Shown piece by piece: positions 17,866 through 36,180 of a DNA stretch of 64,000 nt (positions are counted from its first letter, which is position 1; every line of letters starts with the position of its first letter). The stretch is from the human T2T-CHM13v2.0 reference genome, Homo sapiens. Below the pieces are notes generated by a model. The model searched no databases and was not told where the DNA came from. It was given only the letters and a program-made list of their open reading frames with translations. The position numbers and the translations under genes are program-made. The stretch lies in the NCBI RefSeq assembly GCF_009914755.1, contig NC_060947.1, one strand, 5' to 3'.

Positions 17866-20220
17866 TGTCACTGACAGAAAAGGAAACAGATCTCAGCCCA
17901 TCTCTGAGTTCAGGTGGTCCCCAGAGCCCTGCCTCCCTATCCCAGCTCTTCCTCAGCAACTCAGAAAGACCACCGGGGAGACTTGAGTGAGCATTTCAGA
18001 TGATGGCTGCCTTTGAGTTATTTCCAGCACTTCCTTCAGAGTCTTTGAGGCTGAAATGTTTAGGGTGGTATTAGGTTTTTCATCAAATGTTTAGATGAAA
18101 ATGTAGACAGCCGACTTGGGGTTATTTGTGAACAAAGCCCTAAAGGCAAATCTTATTGGTTTTTGCTGAGAGGTGCCAAATTATCTCAGCCTCCACTGGG
18201 AGCTGCTTGTGGGGCCTTATATGGGCATAATCTCCTAAGCCAGGCTTGCCTCACTCTGCGGCATGGTTGGATCCACTTTTAAGGTTATGTGTGAACATTT
18301 CTTGTCTTCCTGTTTGCTCAAGCTGTGGGGAACTTGGCTTTTGCCACACTTTAAGGGAACATAAATGCTGTCCACTTTGAGCACGTTTCATTTGTATGTC
18401 AAAGATGACAACTGCCTTCCTTTTGGAATTCTTCTCCCTTTATATTTGTCTGTAGGTGGAAGGAAGCATTTTTGTAAGTGCTGGAGTCGGGGAGATGTCG
18501 CTTCATTATCCTAGTTGCTTCCTGGGATTAGTGTGTCTGAAGAGATGTTGATAAAGGAAACATTTACTGTGTGTCTATAGGCAATGAATGTGTCTGAGGC
18601 ATTCCATGGGCGTTAGCTTACTCAAACCTTGCAAAATGCCTTCACTCACTCTTTCAACAGGTATTTATTGAATGCCTACTAAATGCCAAGTCATGTGGTA
18701 AGCCAAGACAGTAATGGGGAGAGCTACTCCAGACTGGGAAATCAGGAACGGTCTCTCAGAAGACATTTAAGATGAGGTCTGAAGGATAAGAAGGTGCTGG
18801 CTGGGAGACTCTTCGTAATTGGATTGGAAATCTTGGTGCAGACATTTGAGTTAAGAGAGTTAATGAAAGAACTGCGCCAGCAACTCAGTTGACCAGAGCC
18901 CCATGCTGAGGAACCCAAGGCTACTGGGGATTTTGTTCTAGAGACCTCAAAATGGAACCCTAACCTAGGCTTGCCCTGGAAAATATAGCTCTGGTCCAAA
19001 GGAGATCAGCTGAGCAAGTGAGGCTCCCCCCACTATTGGACACCAAATTCTGCAAATGTTTATGGGGCTGTTCTCATAAGCCCAGCACTACCTAGGTTTT
19101 GGGAATCCAGAGACAAATCAGAGAGCAAGGAGCTCAGGGTCTAGTGGAGGAAATAAGTCATATAATCAAATAAATGACTCGACGATGTACTAGGTACAAC
19201 AAAAGAAATATGTATAAGATCTCAAGGTAGCACAGAAGAGGGGGTGCTGAACACACTTGGGAGGCCCAGTAAACAGCCAAGGGAGGCTAAATTTTGAAGA
19301 GCCAGAAGGGCCCTTCCAGAACAAGAAACCTGCATGACCAAATGCCCAGAGACACAAAGCCACATGCCAGAGGCTTCATGCCACTGGGTCTTTGGGGAAT
19401 AAGAAGACCTGTTATTTTCGAGCCTGAAGTACAAGGTAGAGAGTAGTGGACATTGAGATTTCAGCAAGGGCAGTTCAGGGTGAGCTTTGGGAATAAGTGT
19501 TTCGGATTTGAGCCACACTAAAGGTATGTAAACACAAGAAAGGAGATGTCTGTGTTAACTTGCCTTGATAATGCCCCTCTTGTTACCCAATCCCACTGGT
19601 TTCAACTTCATCTTCTGGGAACCTATGGTATTTCAAAGACACTGCCTGATCCCTTTCTAGACAAATTTTATGCTTTTGGAAGTGGCATTTCCCCGCTAAG
19701 TACTTTATACTGTTTTCTTACAACTTTGCAAAGCATCTGCCATATGGTATTTCTCCCAAGTGAGAGATTATTGCCTCTTTATTGGAGGGGGGGAGCTGAA
19801 ATGAAGTCATCTGTCCACTGAAGTGACAGCTGCAAGCAGAGATGTACTCTCTAGGCAGCAGGCCTGCCGTCAGAGCCCAACCCGGTGCGCCTTCTCCAAG
19901 AGCGGCTGTCCCCTCCCAGCCTCCTGTCGCCGCTTTCCCTTTCTTCTTGCTTCCTGTTATATAAGAGCATTTTTGCAGAGATGAGCTCTGGGCTTGTTCT
20001 GAATATTTTAGGTGTCAAACATCCTGTTTTTCTCTGAGTAATGTGACCCTGTCAATGACCCACTGCATTTCAGAATGACATCATGGGATTCAACCGAGAA
20101 TGGTTGAAGAGAAGTGATTATGGGAGCTCAGGGACCTCTGCTTGCCCCTTTACCTTTCAGCAAGTTGTTTGGAGATGTCAAACAAGAAGTCTGCAAATGA
20201 GTGTCTGCTTTGCACAAGAG

Positions 20221-20458
20221 CAGGGGTTGGCAGACTAGGAACTGCAGACCAAATCTGGCCCACAGAGCAAATCCATTCCCAGCTGATTTTGCAAATAAAG
20301 TTTTATTGGCATTCAGCCATGCTCATTTGTTTGAGTATTGTCTAAGGCTGCTTTTGCACTGCAATAGCAGAGTTAAGTTATGTAACAGACCCCATATGGC
20401 AGGCAAAGCTGAAAATTTTTACTATCTGGCCCTTGCAGAAAAAGTTTGCTGAACCCTG
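20221..20458 (+). mobile_element. MER58A-like hAT DNA transposon
   Basis: caggggttggca...tttgctgaaccctg terminal inverted repeats. Confidence 0.8.
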
Positions 20459-20706
20459 CGCTGAAGCTCTCTCCTCCTACACCCTAGGAAGAGGGCACAT
20501 GGATTTAGCGTGCTCTCATCCCATGACTGAGTACCCGCCCATTCCTTTCCCCTCTTCCCCAAACACCTGATACAACAAAAAAGGTAAAGGTTGATTTTCA
20601 GCAAGCATATTGGGGCTTTCGTATGTATTAAATGTCATCAGAACTTGCACATTTATTAAATGTGTTGCCTTTCTAAGAAGTTCCCTAAAGAAATTGCACA
20701 CACTTA

Positions 20707-21095
<389 letters not shown>

Positions 21096-24000
21096 CTATG
21101 TGACACCTGAGAAAATCCACTTCACCTTCTTTTTGGACCCAAAGTAGTGCAGCCTTGTTGGAACATCTGCCTAGTTGCCATGGATCAATGTTGGCTTATT
21201 TTTTCAAACAACAGCAAATTCAGCACTAAGGATATTCCAAGGAATTGGTTGCATGTTCTGAGGTTAGTTCCTTAAAAAGTGCTCAACATACGATGTCTTC
21301 AGAGGCAAGGTATCTTCACCCAAGGACTTGAGAGTCAAAGTTAGACTTTGGAAACAACTTTTGGAATTGTAGTGCATGTTTTCAGCATTTGGGCCATTCT
21401 ATGTCTTACAAAATGAAATGTTCAGTGTGTGGCTCTCTCCTCTCTATTTAGGGACTGTATCCATACTTCAAAGGACTTTACCATCTGTCTTGTATTTCCC
21501 CATCTCTTCCCAGCTGCTGTTAGTGGATTTTGCTATGGCATGGTGCATTGTACCCATTTGGCTAATAATGGCATGAGCTGAGGGTTGAGGAAGCCCTCTG
21601 CTCAGTTCCGTTTATCACAGCCAAGTTTGGATAGGAAAGAGTCCCCTAGGAGCTGGAATGTGGTATACTATGGATGGGCATGTCAGCATTCACTGGCCCT
21701 GCTCATATCATGGACCACAGTGTGCTCTGGACTGCGGGGTGGAGGCGGTGTGGAGTTTGGTGGTTTTAGAAAACCGTGAAATGCCTACTTATTGCTCCAC
21801 ATTTTTGCTTTCTCATTTTCCTTAAGCCCATTCCACAATGAGGGTATTGGTGTGGTCACTCCTGAAGCAAAAAGATAACAAGTTGCTTTTCAGCTTTTTA
21901 GCTTTTTTGGTCATTTCTTACTTCTTTTCCTCCCCGCCTTTGCATCCAGAGCCACTGTCTCCCACACGAAGCGTCTTAAATTTTTATGAGCTCACAGTTG
22001 CTTCACTGATTTCTGTGCTGCCAGAGTCTGAGATGCAGGACTCAGCGGGGACTTGCTCAGATCTGTTTGTGTATATACTTCCCACTAAACTCGATGTGCT
22101 TGCATGAGTGAGAATAATCAAGTGCATTACTCAGAAGCAAGGAAGAGTAGGGCTGGAGCCACAAGAGCAAATCCCTCCCCAGTTCTCCTGGATTTGCACC
22201 ACCCCACCTCACTACCCAGTTCTGGATCAATCAGAGGTAGCTTGGGTTGAGAGGCTCTTTTGTTCTGAGTTTTTTTTTTTTCCTTCAGAGACCAGAATTT
22301 AAGCTTGAGCTGCTTTCTCGCCTGGGGAGAGGAGTGGGACCCAGTCCTGATATTATGGGGCCCAGTCTTTGTGTCTTGGTGCCCAAAAGAAAGCTGAGAC
22401 CCTTAGACCACTCATGGTGCAGAGAGAGGAGCTGGTCACACCATATATGTGTGTACTACACATTTCTTCATGAACATATATGCCTTTTGCACACATGGTG
22501 ACTTGGTCCCACTGGACCTTTTCAAGGACAGGAATGATGTCTTCTATTGTTTGTGCAACATCACACATAGACTAGTGTCTTGGACCAGAGGACACATAGT
22601 CTGCTTAATTGTCTACAACAATATGTAAATAGCAAGCAAGTGGGACTTTGAGGCGTTTGTTTTTTTATTTTGAGCTTAATTTCTATTCTGGTAGTACTTA
22701 ATAATCAAGTAATTTGTCTGTGAATCCTCCAAGGGTCGAATCCCACAGGACTTCCATCAATCAGCCAGCATCCAAAGGAACTTGTGCTTTGTTCATAAAA
22801 TGCCTGGCATCACTGGTCCTTGGGAGATGGCCAAACTGGCATGGCTCGCCACGAAAGAGAGGGGTGGGGGAGGGACTCTTTGCTAGAGAGCTTTTCGGCT
22901 TGCAATTTTAAAAAAGGAAAGCGGGTAACTTCAGAACTGTTTACTGGAAGGCACAGGACCTCAGTTTTGATGCTGAGAGAGGGAGAAGTTGTCTTGGCAA
23001 GGGCTCTGTTTCGGTTTACTTCTTAGTATTCACAGGGGTAAGGAGCCCTGTTTAGTAAGTTGGACACGTTCTGGTGGGCAAAGCTTCTGGAGGTGGAAAT
23101 GATGGCTCTTTGTTCTCAGTTGGGGAGGTTGGGGGGTTGTTTGAAGACAGCTCAAGGCCGGACAGAGATGCAATGCAGGGACTCTTAGCCCACATTCCTC
23201 TTCACTGCCTTCCAGAAAAGCTGAGATTGTTCAAAAGGACCATTAGACCTCCAGATAGCTCAGCCTTGCCCTGGGTTCTATCATTAGCCAATGGTCTACT
23301 GTTTTTCATGAGTGTCCATGTGTCCATGTGTTATCTGTGTCCCAGGTCTTACCTGTCACTGACTAACAAGTCTCCAGCACCGACCCAAATTTCTAAAAAG
23401 CTGCCGTCTGCCAGCCTCTCCCTTCAGCCTGCCATAGGGGGCAATTTGTTTTTTCTTCCTATATCAAGAGTCTGCCCCATCTGGAAACGTAGAAAAAGAA
23501 CCTTCCCTAGTGTCCTCCTTTAATTAGTGCCAGAGGTGATGCATGCTGGGAGAATGTAGGCCACCCCTAGGGAACATCTGATGACTTATCTTAGATCCCA
23601 GCTGGGGCAGCACAGGCTCCTCACTTGGTTTACCATTTCCACTTGAGGATTGCTGCTCTCCTCTGAGGGTTACCTTTGATTGTTTGATTGACTGATCATT
23701 CACTATCAGTTCATTCATTCAACTTATCCAACATGTATTCATCCAACACTCATCCTACCACATTCCAAGCATTTGCCTAGATGCTGTGTTACAATGTGGG
23801 GCAAAACCAGACAAAGGCCCTGTTTCTATGGCATGTATATTCCTTCTGGTGAAAACAGCCAATAAACAAAAAAGAAACACACAAACATGGAAAAGATCCA
23901 AGAGTGGCAAATGCAACACAGAGAATGAAAGTAGGGTGATGTGATAGAGTGACTGGGGGGCTAGCTCAGATAGCATGGTCAGGACAACATCCATGAGCAG

Positions 24001-24146
24001 AGCAGACTTCAAACAGCAATCTGAAGGATAAGTAGCCAGACTTTCAAAGGTGAGGGTGAGGAGTATTCTAGGTATAAGGATGAGCTGATGGAAAGAGCCT
24101 GCTATGAGCTAGACCCGACATGCAGAGGGGAACAAAAGAGAAGAGG

Positions 24147-24420
24147 TAATTCCAGCTACGTGGGAGAGTAAGGTGGGAGGATCACATGAGGCCAAGAGTT
24201 TGAGATCAGCCTGGGCAGCATAGAGACACTCCATCTCCAAAAAAATATTTAAAAATTAGCTGGGTGTGATGGCTCATGGCTGTAGCCCCAGCTACCAAGG
24301 AGGCTAAGGTGGGAGGATCACTTGAGCCCAGTAATTGGGAGGCTGCAGTGAGCTATAATCATACTACTGCACTCCAGCCTGGGCAATGGAGTGAGACCCC
24401 CTTTCTAAAACTAATAATAA
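24147..24420 (+). mobile_element. AluJ-like, 5'-truncated
   Basis: Diverged Alu motifs (ggatcacttgagccca, ggctgcagtgagctat). Confidence 0.8.
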
Positions 24421-24919
24421 TAAAATTAAATTTTTACAAAAAGAGGGAAGACGTCCCTTCTCCCCAGTGCTAATAATTTAGTTAGGAAGACAGACGGATA
24501 GATAGGCAGTTACAATGCAGTTAGATCAATGCTATGACAGGAAAAGCAGACAGAAAGCTCTGGAAACATAGAGTAAAGGTTCTGAAGGCTGAGTGTAAGG
24601 ATCGGAGAAGGCTTCCTGGAGGAAGAGGCATTTAAGCTGAGTAGAAGTTAGCCAGGTCAACTGGGAGAGGATGTGTGGAGGGAAAAATGCTCCCCTGTCT
24701 AAGCAGAAGGGACCAAAAGTGTGAAGGGCCACTACTCACAGTGCAGCACATATCTAAGGAACCAAGAAATGCTCACAGAAGTTCAGGAAAGGGGAGGGGT
24801 TATGGGATATGAGACCGGAGAGCAGACAGGGGCATGTTATGGATTTGGGATTCTGGTTCTGACAATAATGGAGAAGCCATTAAACAGTGTTAAGCTGGGG
24901 AGAGACATAATCCAAATTA

Positions 24920-25362
<443 letters not shown>

Positions 25363-25572
25363 TCAGGCACTCAGGTAAGAGAGGGTGTTGGTTTGACCAG
25401 GGTGGTGGATGGAGATGAAGATAAGTGGACAGATTCATGAGACATGTAGAAGGTAAGACTGACAGGGCTTGATGAGGGAGTTGTATACGGAGGTAAGTGA
25501 AAGTGAAAGAGGAGTCAGTGATGCCCCTGAGGCTTTTGGCCTGAGCAAGTGGATATCGGCTGGTACTATTTA

Positions 25573-25827
<255 letters not shown>

Positions 25828-26672
25828 TCAGGACATTTTGAGTTTGAGGAGATGTCCAGCAGGCAGATGGAAATACAGGGGAGTGTTCTGGCCTAGGAAG
25901 AGCTGTTAGTCCAGAGATGAGAGTTGTGACAGTCAAGGCCACGGGAATGGAGAGGAATGCTAAGAGAAACAGGCACATTTAGAGGTCACCACATTTCGAG
26001 GTCAAGTGGAGGAGAAGGAAGAGTAGCCAGTGAGATAGAAGAAAACCCAGAAGTTGTTTATTTGAAGCAGATGAGAGGAAAAACTGTTTCAAGGAGGAAG
26101 AAGCTGTTTACGTGTCTAATGCTACTGCTGAGCCTTCAGATGAAGACAGTAGAATGACTGTTGCATTGGCTACAGGGAAGCCATTAGTGTCCTTGACAAG
26201 ATCTATTTCAGAAGAGGTAAGGGGGCAAGGAAGCCTGATAGAAACAAGTGGAGAAGGGCATGGGATGTGAAAAAGTGGAGCAGCAACATTTGCAGGTTGT
26301 GGTGCAGTCTGTGGTTGCCGTCCTCCTGCCCTGCTGCAGGTCCTATGTGTATGTATTTTTAAATCAATGTATTAAGTACTATAACAACCACAATTCCTCT
26401 GTAAAGGAATGTTTAGGTTACTAAACACTTTTACAGGTTATCTACTCTACTTACCAGTTTTTACTTACAGTTTTCAACCAATATTGCCTTTCAAAAACAG
26501 GAAAAGATAATCTTCACTTAACCAAGATTAGCGTTTTTCATTTTCCCCCGAAAGTCCAGAATGGGAATGACTTGACATTGAAAAGCCTTACCAACAAATT
26601 AAGGAATGACACGTAGGCAGCACAGTCTTTCAAGGGGCTATTTTCCAAAAATTCATTTAAAAAACAGTTCTT

Positions 26673-27111
<439 letters not shown>

Positions 27112-27294
27112 AAAAACCAGTTCTTGTTCCAAAAGTAATTGAAATACACTTCTTTTTCATCAGGAAAACAGTGTCTAGGTTCCTAAGATGGCCCACAAAT
27201 GCCCATTTTACCTCCCACAATTCTGCTGAGCTGCAGTTCACACTCATTACACTAGCCTACGTGTTGAGGCAATTCCCTCTGGAACTGGGGAATT

Positions 27295-27508
27295 CCACCA
27301 ATTCCCTCTACTCCTTTAATGAGTATGATTTGCCTAAAAAGCCATGTCAGGAATTCCGAAGTCACCCTAGACCTCTTCCTATCTCACATCTTCTATATCC
27401 AACTGGCCACTAAAGCTTATCATTACTACCCTTCTCAAATCCACCTCACCATGCCGTATTTCCATCGGCTTTTACTTGATTCACGTCCTGAGACCTAGTC
27501 TCCCTCAT
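27295..27508 (+). repeat. 214-bp direct repeat, copy 1
   Basis: Matches 28167-28380, 9 mismatches by eye. Confidence 0.95.
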
Positions 27509-27538
27509 AGTACGTGAACTACATAGTACATAGTACAT

Positions 27539-27897
27539 GGAGTGAGGAGGGTAACATGCCTTAGCGGGATGATGGTTTCTCGGAAGTTGGTAGATTAAGA
27601 GATCAAAATATGGAAGGGGATATCCATGTTGGCAAGGATAGATTTGACTAAAATGTGCTATGTCCAGTGAACGAACAAATGTACCATGCAATGTTAAAGA
27701 TTTTGAATACTGGTGAATATTCGTATGGAGTTGGTTTTGTATGTAAGTGTAATATTGATGTATTACAGTTGATTAGGAGATTGCTAATACTTGCTTATAT
27801 GCATGTACTGTAAGCTGTTTAGTACTATAAGGCTTATGTATGTACTATGTACAATCAAGCATTAATAGTACTATATATTATTCATGGGGACTAGCAG
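27539..27897 (-). other. NUMT: mitochondrial control region (ETAS/HVS1 into the central conserved domain)
   Basis: Reverse complement reads ctgctagtccccatgaataatatatagtac...gtacatagtacat...catagcacattttagtcaaatc...catggatatcccc...ccgagaaaccatcatcccgc...ctcctcactcc, colinear with the recalled human mtDNA ~16,100-16,450. Confidence 0.9.
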
Positions 27898-28166
27898 GTT
27901 GGTAGCCAGGTGACCAGGCCTCCATTTCCTCTGCCTGCTTTTTAATGATTAATATTCCTCAGGCTCTTTTCTTTGTAAAAGTCTCATCAGGGGTGGCACT
28001 ACTGGACCATCTACCATGGCAACTATGAATTCATATTTTCAGCACTGATCTCTCATGTGCTCCAGATCCACAGATTCAATGATCTATTATACATGTTTGC
28101 GGACAGCTAAAATTCAATAGGCTCATTTTTTCTTTCTTCCAAAAAATCTACCCCACCCCCTAGCCA

Positions 28167-28380
28167 CCACCAATTCCCTCTACTCCTTTAATGAGTATGA
28201 TTTGCCTAAAAAGCCATGCCAGGAATTTAGAAGTCACCCTAGACCTTTTCCTGTCTCACACCTTCTATATCCAACTGGCCACTAAAGCTTATCATTACTA
28301 CCCTTCTCAAATCCACTTCACCATGCCGTATTTCCATTGGCTTTTCCTTGATTCACGTCCTGAGACCTAGTCTCCCTCAT
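28167..28380 (+). repeat. 214-bp direct repeat, copy 2 (probable template)
   Basis: Matches 27295-27508. Confidence 0.95.
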
Positions 28381-29238
28381 TCAAGTCTATATGCAACCAG
28401 ATATGATCATTTCTCTGTCTTCCTAAAAGTTCAGTAGCTTCCTATTGTCTGCAGTAGCATTTCTCAAACTGGCAAAAGAGTACCTTCAAAATTAAACAAA
28501 AAATTTCAAAAACCTCCCCTACATAAATTGAACTGGATTAAACAATGTTAAGCAGGCCTCTCACTAGCAAGGTTTTGAAATCTTACAATGCACAATACTA
28601 CATATTTCCCTGTCATGAGGAATCGGGGTGGAGGGGAGCCCCAACTGGGTTCCAAGGACAAAGTCAAAACTTATTGCAAGACATGTAAGATCCTACAGAC
28701 TCTGGCCCTGCCTAGCTGTCAACGTGATCTGCCATTCATCAATGATTATCATTCACCCATTACAAACCTTACGTGTCATTCACTTACAACACAATCTGTA
28801 GTTCTTCAAAGAGCCCTACTGTTTTCTGACTCTAAATCCTTTATATACAATATTCCTTCTGCCCAGAATGCCGCCCTTCTCTAACTTAGTCTGGTTGAAG
28901 AGCTCCTACTTGCTCTTGCAGGGCCAGCTCAGGCTACTAAACTTTGATTGTCCCTTCCACCTCCTAGCAGAGGACTCCTTCAACCTTTGTCCTGCCTCTG
29001 CAGATATCAGAGCGCTTGTCCAACACTACTGAATTTAGAGACTAAAAACCTTAAAGGTTGGGAACCAGGCAGGCATCCAGCAGTGTAGCTGAATAAAGGA
29101 GACAGGGCAAGACTCGGGGAAGAAGGGGTGGAATCCCTCTTCTTTTTCTAGTCAAAATTTGACAACAAAGTAATTTTGTCTTTGGTATGCTCCTACATCT
29201 CATCCCTATCCTCCTTTCCCAGCTCTCCCAATACCCTG

Positions 29239-29576
29239 TGATATGGTTTGGCTGTGTCCCCACCCAAATCTCATCTTGAATTCCCACGTGTTGTGGGAGG
29301 GACTTGGTGGGAGGTAATTGAGTCATGGTAGCAGGTCTTTCCCGTGCTGTTCTCGTGATAGCAAATAAGTCTCATGAGATCCAACGGTTTTAAAAAGAGG
29401 AGTTTCCCTGCACAAGCTCTTCTCTTGTCTGCCGCAATGTGAGACATGCCTTTCACCTTCCGCCATGATTGAGGCCTCCCCAACCACATGGAACTGTAAG
29501 TCCATTAAACCTTTCTTTTGTAAATTGCCTAGTCTCAGGTATGTCTTTTTCAGCAGCATGAAAACAGATCAATACA
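29239..29576 (+). mobile_element. THE1-family solo LTR (MaLR)
   Basis: tgatatggtttggctgtgtccccacccaaatctc...aataca, 5-bp TSD ccctg. Confidence 0.92.
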
Positions 29577-29672
29577 CCCTGTGTTCCCAGGTCCCTTAGT
29601 GACCTCATGTAACTCTATACAACCCCCACCACAGCACTCTTCTTCAGATCAACTACTTGCTCTTCCTCTTAA

Positions 29673-29999
<327 letters not shown>

Positions 30000-30647
30000 C
30001 AGAAATTGATACATAAATGTGTGACAGCTTCTTGTGGCTATTAACCTAAGATGAATCTCTAAGAAACAAAATTTAAAAAGAAGTATGGAGAGGATAAGGG
30101 TGGAGCAGGCACTGTAACACACAGAAAGGCCTGCTACAGGTTCTTTGCCTGGAAACTAAGATCATATCCTCAGTGGGCTGCGCAGGGGAAGTCATTCCAG
30201 AGAATTTTATGTTCAATCAACGTGTAACACCTAACACGCTCCTACTTGACACAGGCACACTCTTTCCTAAATGCATTCCATTCCCTCAACTTTCCAAAGT
30301 TCCCATAAGGAGTCCTACTATGTGCTAGGAATCCAGCACATGCATGATAAAACTCCATCATTCTTTTTTCATCATTTTCAACTGGCTACTATTAAGTGCA
30401 CCATATGGGCCCTGAGAATGAAGCATTGAAAAAGGCAAATTCATGGAGTTTACAATCTAGTGGAAGACACAGATAAGGAAAACAATAAATAAACGTGCCA
30501 TTTTTCTGACAGCAATGAGTGCATTCAAGAAAATAAAACAGGGTAATAGGATAAGTAGTGATAGGGCAGGGGAGTGACAGAGTGTGAGAAGGGCTCCTTT
30601 AACCAGGATGGCAGAGAAGACCTCTCTGTAGGGAAGACGTTTGCATT

Positions 30648-30990
<343 letters not shown>

Positions 30991-32174
30991 TGACAACCAT
31001 AACAGCTACATCGGCTGCTGCTACTGCCACAAATACAATCTCTGCTAATATTACCACTGCCACCTCAGTATCCATGAGGAAGACCCTTCCACCTGTGGCC
31101 TCTTCGTTCCTTGACTTCCTCTCTTTCAGTGATCTTGTCCACCCTGACCCACCTCAGCCACTCACTTCCATGATCATACCCTAGACCTGACCATTACCAA
31201 TTTTTCTACCAAAACTTTCAATGTCTCATTGCAAGGCTAGATAGGAGACTACCATCTTCTCCCTGTCCAGCTCGCTCCCACTAGTGACTCTAACTATCTT
31301 TGCCTGCATGAGACGTCCAATCCATAGATCTTCCTTTGTTTTCACTGTCCCCCACCCACTTGATGTCCTCTCTCCCCAACTTACTGAGCTTTCCTTCGAT
31401 GCTTAGTCACTGTAATCACTCTCTTGCATACATTCCAGCTCCTCACCCTCCTCACATCTGCATACTCACTTGACAAAATCCCGAACCTGTTTCGATTCAA
31501 CTCTCTGCCTGCTCTGCACCTGCAACTGACATGTGGCTGAGGGAAAATACAAAACCACGATGGCTGATGACTGGTCTCACTTTAAATTAATGACTGCTAG
31601 CCACAAGTGAGTCCTTAGAGCTGCGTGCCTGGCAACCAAACTAGTTCCCTAGATATTCCTTCTCCAAGTCTCCTAAAAGACTGTTACATCTATTCCTCTC
31701 TCTTCAAAGTGCCAACACTCCCTCTCCCATCCTCATTCTATGCAGATGATCTCATTTCCTATTTTATTGAGAGAATAGAAGCAATCGGAAGATTAAAAGG
31801 ACTTCTCAAAGCTCCTACAACCAAATATGTTACAATGGAAGAGGTGTCTCCCATCTAGGGGCAACTCTTCCACTTGTCTACTAGATTCCCACCCCTCTCA
31901 CCTACTCAAGATTATGGCTATAACATTTCTCCTGTCTTCTAAATCATTAATTTTTCCTGCTCTACCAGATCATTTTCATCAGTGAACAAACGTATCTCTT
32001 GACCCACTTCCCTCTCTAAGAACTGCCCCATTTTTTCTCTTTCCTTTTACACTAAAGCTTTGGAAGTGTTGTTTCCAAAGTCTCTCCCCTACTCATATTC
32101 TTCCTCTCTCCTCTCTCCCTGCTTCCCCCCACTGATTCATGTTTTTCTATTCCTCTTGGACACTAGAACTGATC

Positions 32175-33230
<1,056 letters not shown>

Positions 33231-33871
33231 TCTGATCTCAAGAATTCTTAAGAAATGTAACTCCGTGAGATTTACAAGACTTCCTAAGTTCTACAATGAG
33301 AATTCCAGTTGTACCAGCAAAAATGTCTGGAACCATAGGTACAGAAAAGTATAAGGCCATACATTAAGATTTTTCTATTGCATTTTAAAATGTATAGTTG
33401 TTGAGGTTTTGGGAAAAATTATAAAAATAGAGAAAACTACAGAAAGTAACATCATACTTATGTTCCCATTATCCAGGACTAATGACTGTGAATATTCTGG
33501 CATATTAGCCTCATGTATTTAAAATTTTTATTGTGGAGAATTTCAAACACATATAAAAGTGGAGAAGAGAGTAGAAGGAATAGTATGATCAATCTCCAGG
33601 TACCCATCAGTCAACTTCAAAAATGATCCTGCCATGGTGAACATTTTTTCATCTGTTCCCTTACCCATTTCCCTCACAAATTGTTTTGAAGGAAGCCCCA
33701 TATATTGTATAATCTTAACTACAATATAATCAGTATACATCTGTAAAATGTATCTTTTATATCCTCTTCACATTTATAATAGCCTCATGATGTCACAATT
33801 TTTTTAAGTTTGTTTAAATTTGGTTCCAAATAAGGTCCACACATTGCAATTACTTGATATGTGTCTCTTAA

Positions 33872-34249
<378 letters not shown>

Positions 34250-34634
34250 TTATCCTATAGAATGTTCCACAGTCTGGAGTTTACTACTGCATCCCTGTGG
34301 TGTCATTTAACATGCTCTTCCATCGTTTGAATTTCCTGTACATTGCTGGTTGGATCTAGAAGCTTAATCAGATTTGGGTTTATTTTTTTGGCATGATCAC
34401 TTCATTGGTGGTGGTGTGTCCTTCCATTAGGAGGTACAGAGTTGTCATAATGTCTCTGTGTGATGTTAGCAGCTGTTGGTGCTCCACTGGGGGTTGCAAA
34501 GTGGTGATATTAGAATTCTGTCATCCCATCTTCATTTATTAGCTGGAATACTTCTATAAAAAGAAATGTCCCCTCACCTACTGTATGTTTCTATAGAAAG
34601 GCAGGAAAGATGCTTGATTTCTTCCCTTTACTTA

Positions 34635-35058
<424 letters not shown>

Positions 35059-35805
35059 TCACCATTCCACCTAAACAGCTCTTGTCAAGGTCATCAATGA
35101 TCCTCATGATGTTCAATCCAGTGATATAACCTTCCGTCCTCAACATAGGTGAAGTGTCAACAGCATTTGACACATTCTTTTTGCAACATTTGTTTTTTCA
35201 CTTTCTTTCTAGGATAATCTACTATTGGTTTTCTTCCCATCTCCTTCTCTATCTCCTTTGTTGATTTCTCCTCTTCTGCCTGAGTTATTTTTTCTAACTG
35301 AGATGTAATTCACATACCATAAAATGTAACCTTTCATAGTGTACAATTAAGTGTTTTTTTGTGTGCTCACAGAGTTGTGCAATCATTACCACTAATTCTA
35401 AAACATTGTCATCACCCCAAAAAGTAACCCTTTATGCATTAGCAATCACTCTCCATCCCTACAGCTGTGCCTCTGACAATTATGAATCTACTTTGCATCT
35501 GTATGGATTTGCCTATTCTCCTCCTTCACTTAACATTGGAGTGCTCCAGAGCTCAATCCCTTTTCCTTTTTATCTATCCTTAAGTCCTTGGTGATCTCAT
35601 TCAGCTCTATGGATTTACATACAATCCACATAGTGACAACACCAGCATGACCTCTCCCCTTAAACTCTAGATTTGGATACCCAGCTGCCTATTTAATCTG
35701 TCCCGATGGATATCTAATAGACATCCCAAACTTAACATGTTTCAAAACTAGCTGCTGATCTCCTAGAACCTGCTCCGCCTGTATAGCCTTTATCACAGAT
35801 TTTGA

Positions 35806-36180
<375 letters not shown>

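Noticed and set aside
23074-23523. 149-aa ORF in unique sequence
   Set aside because: GTG start, no recognisable domain or exon structure.
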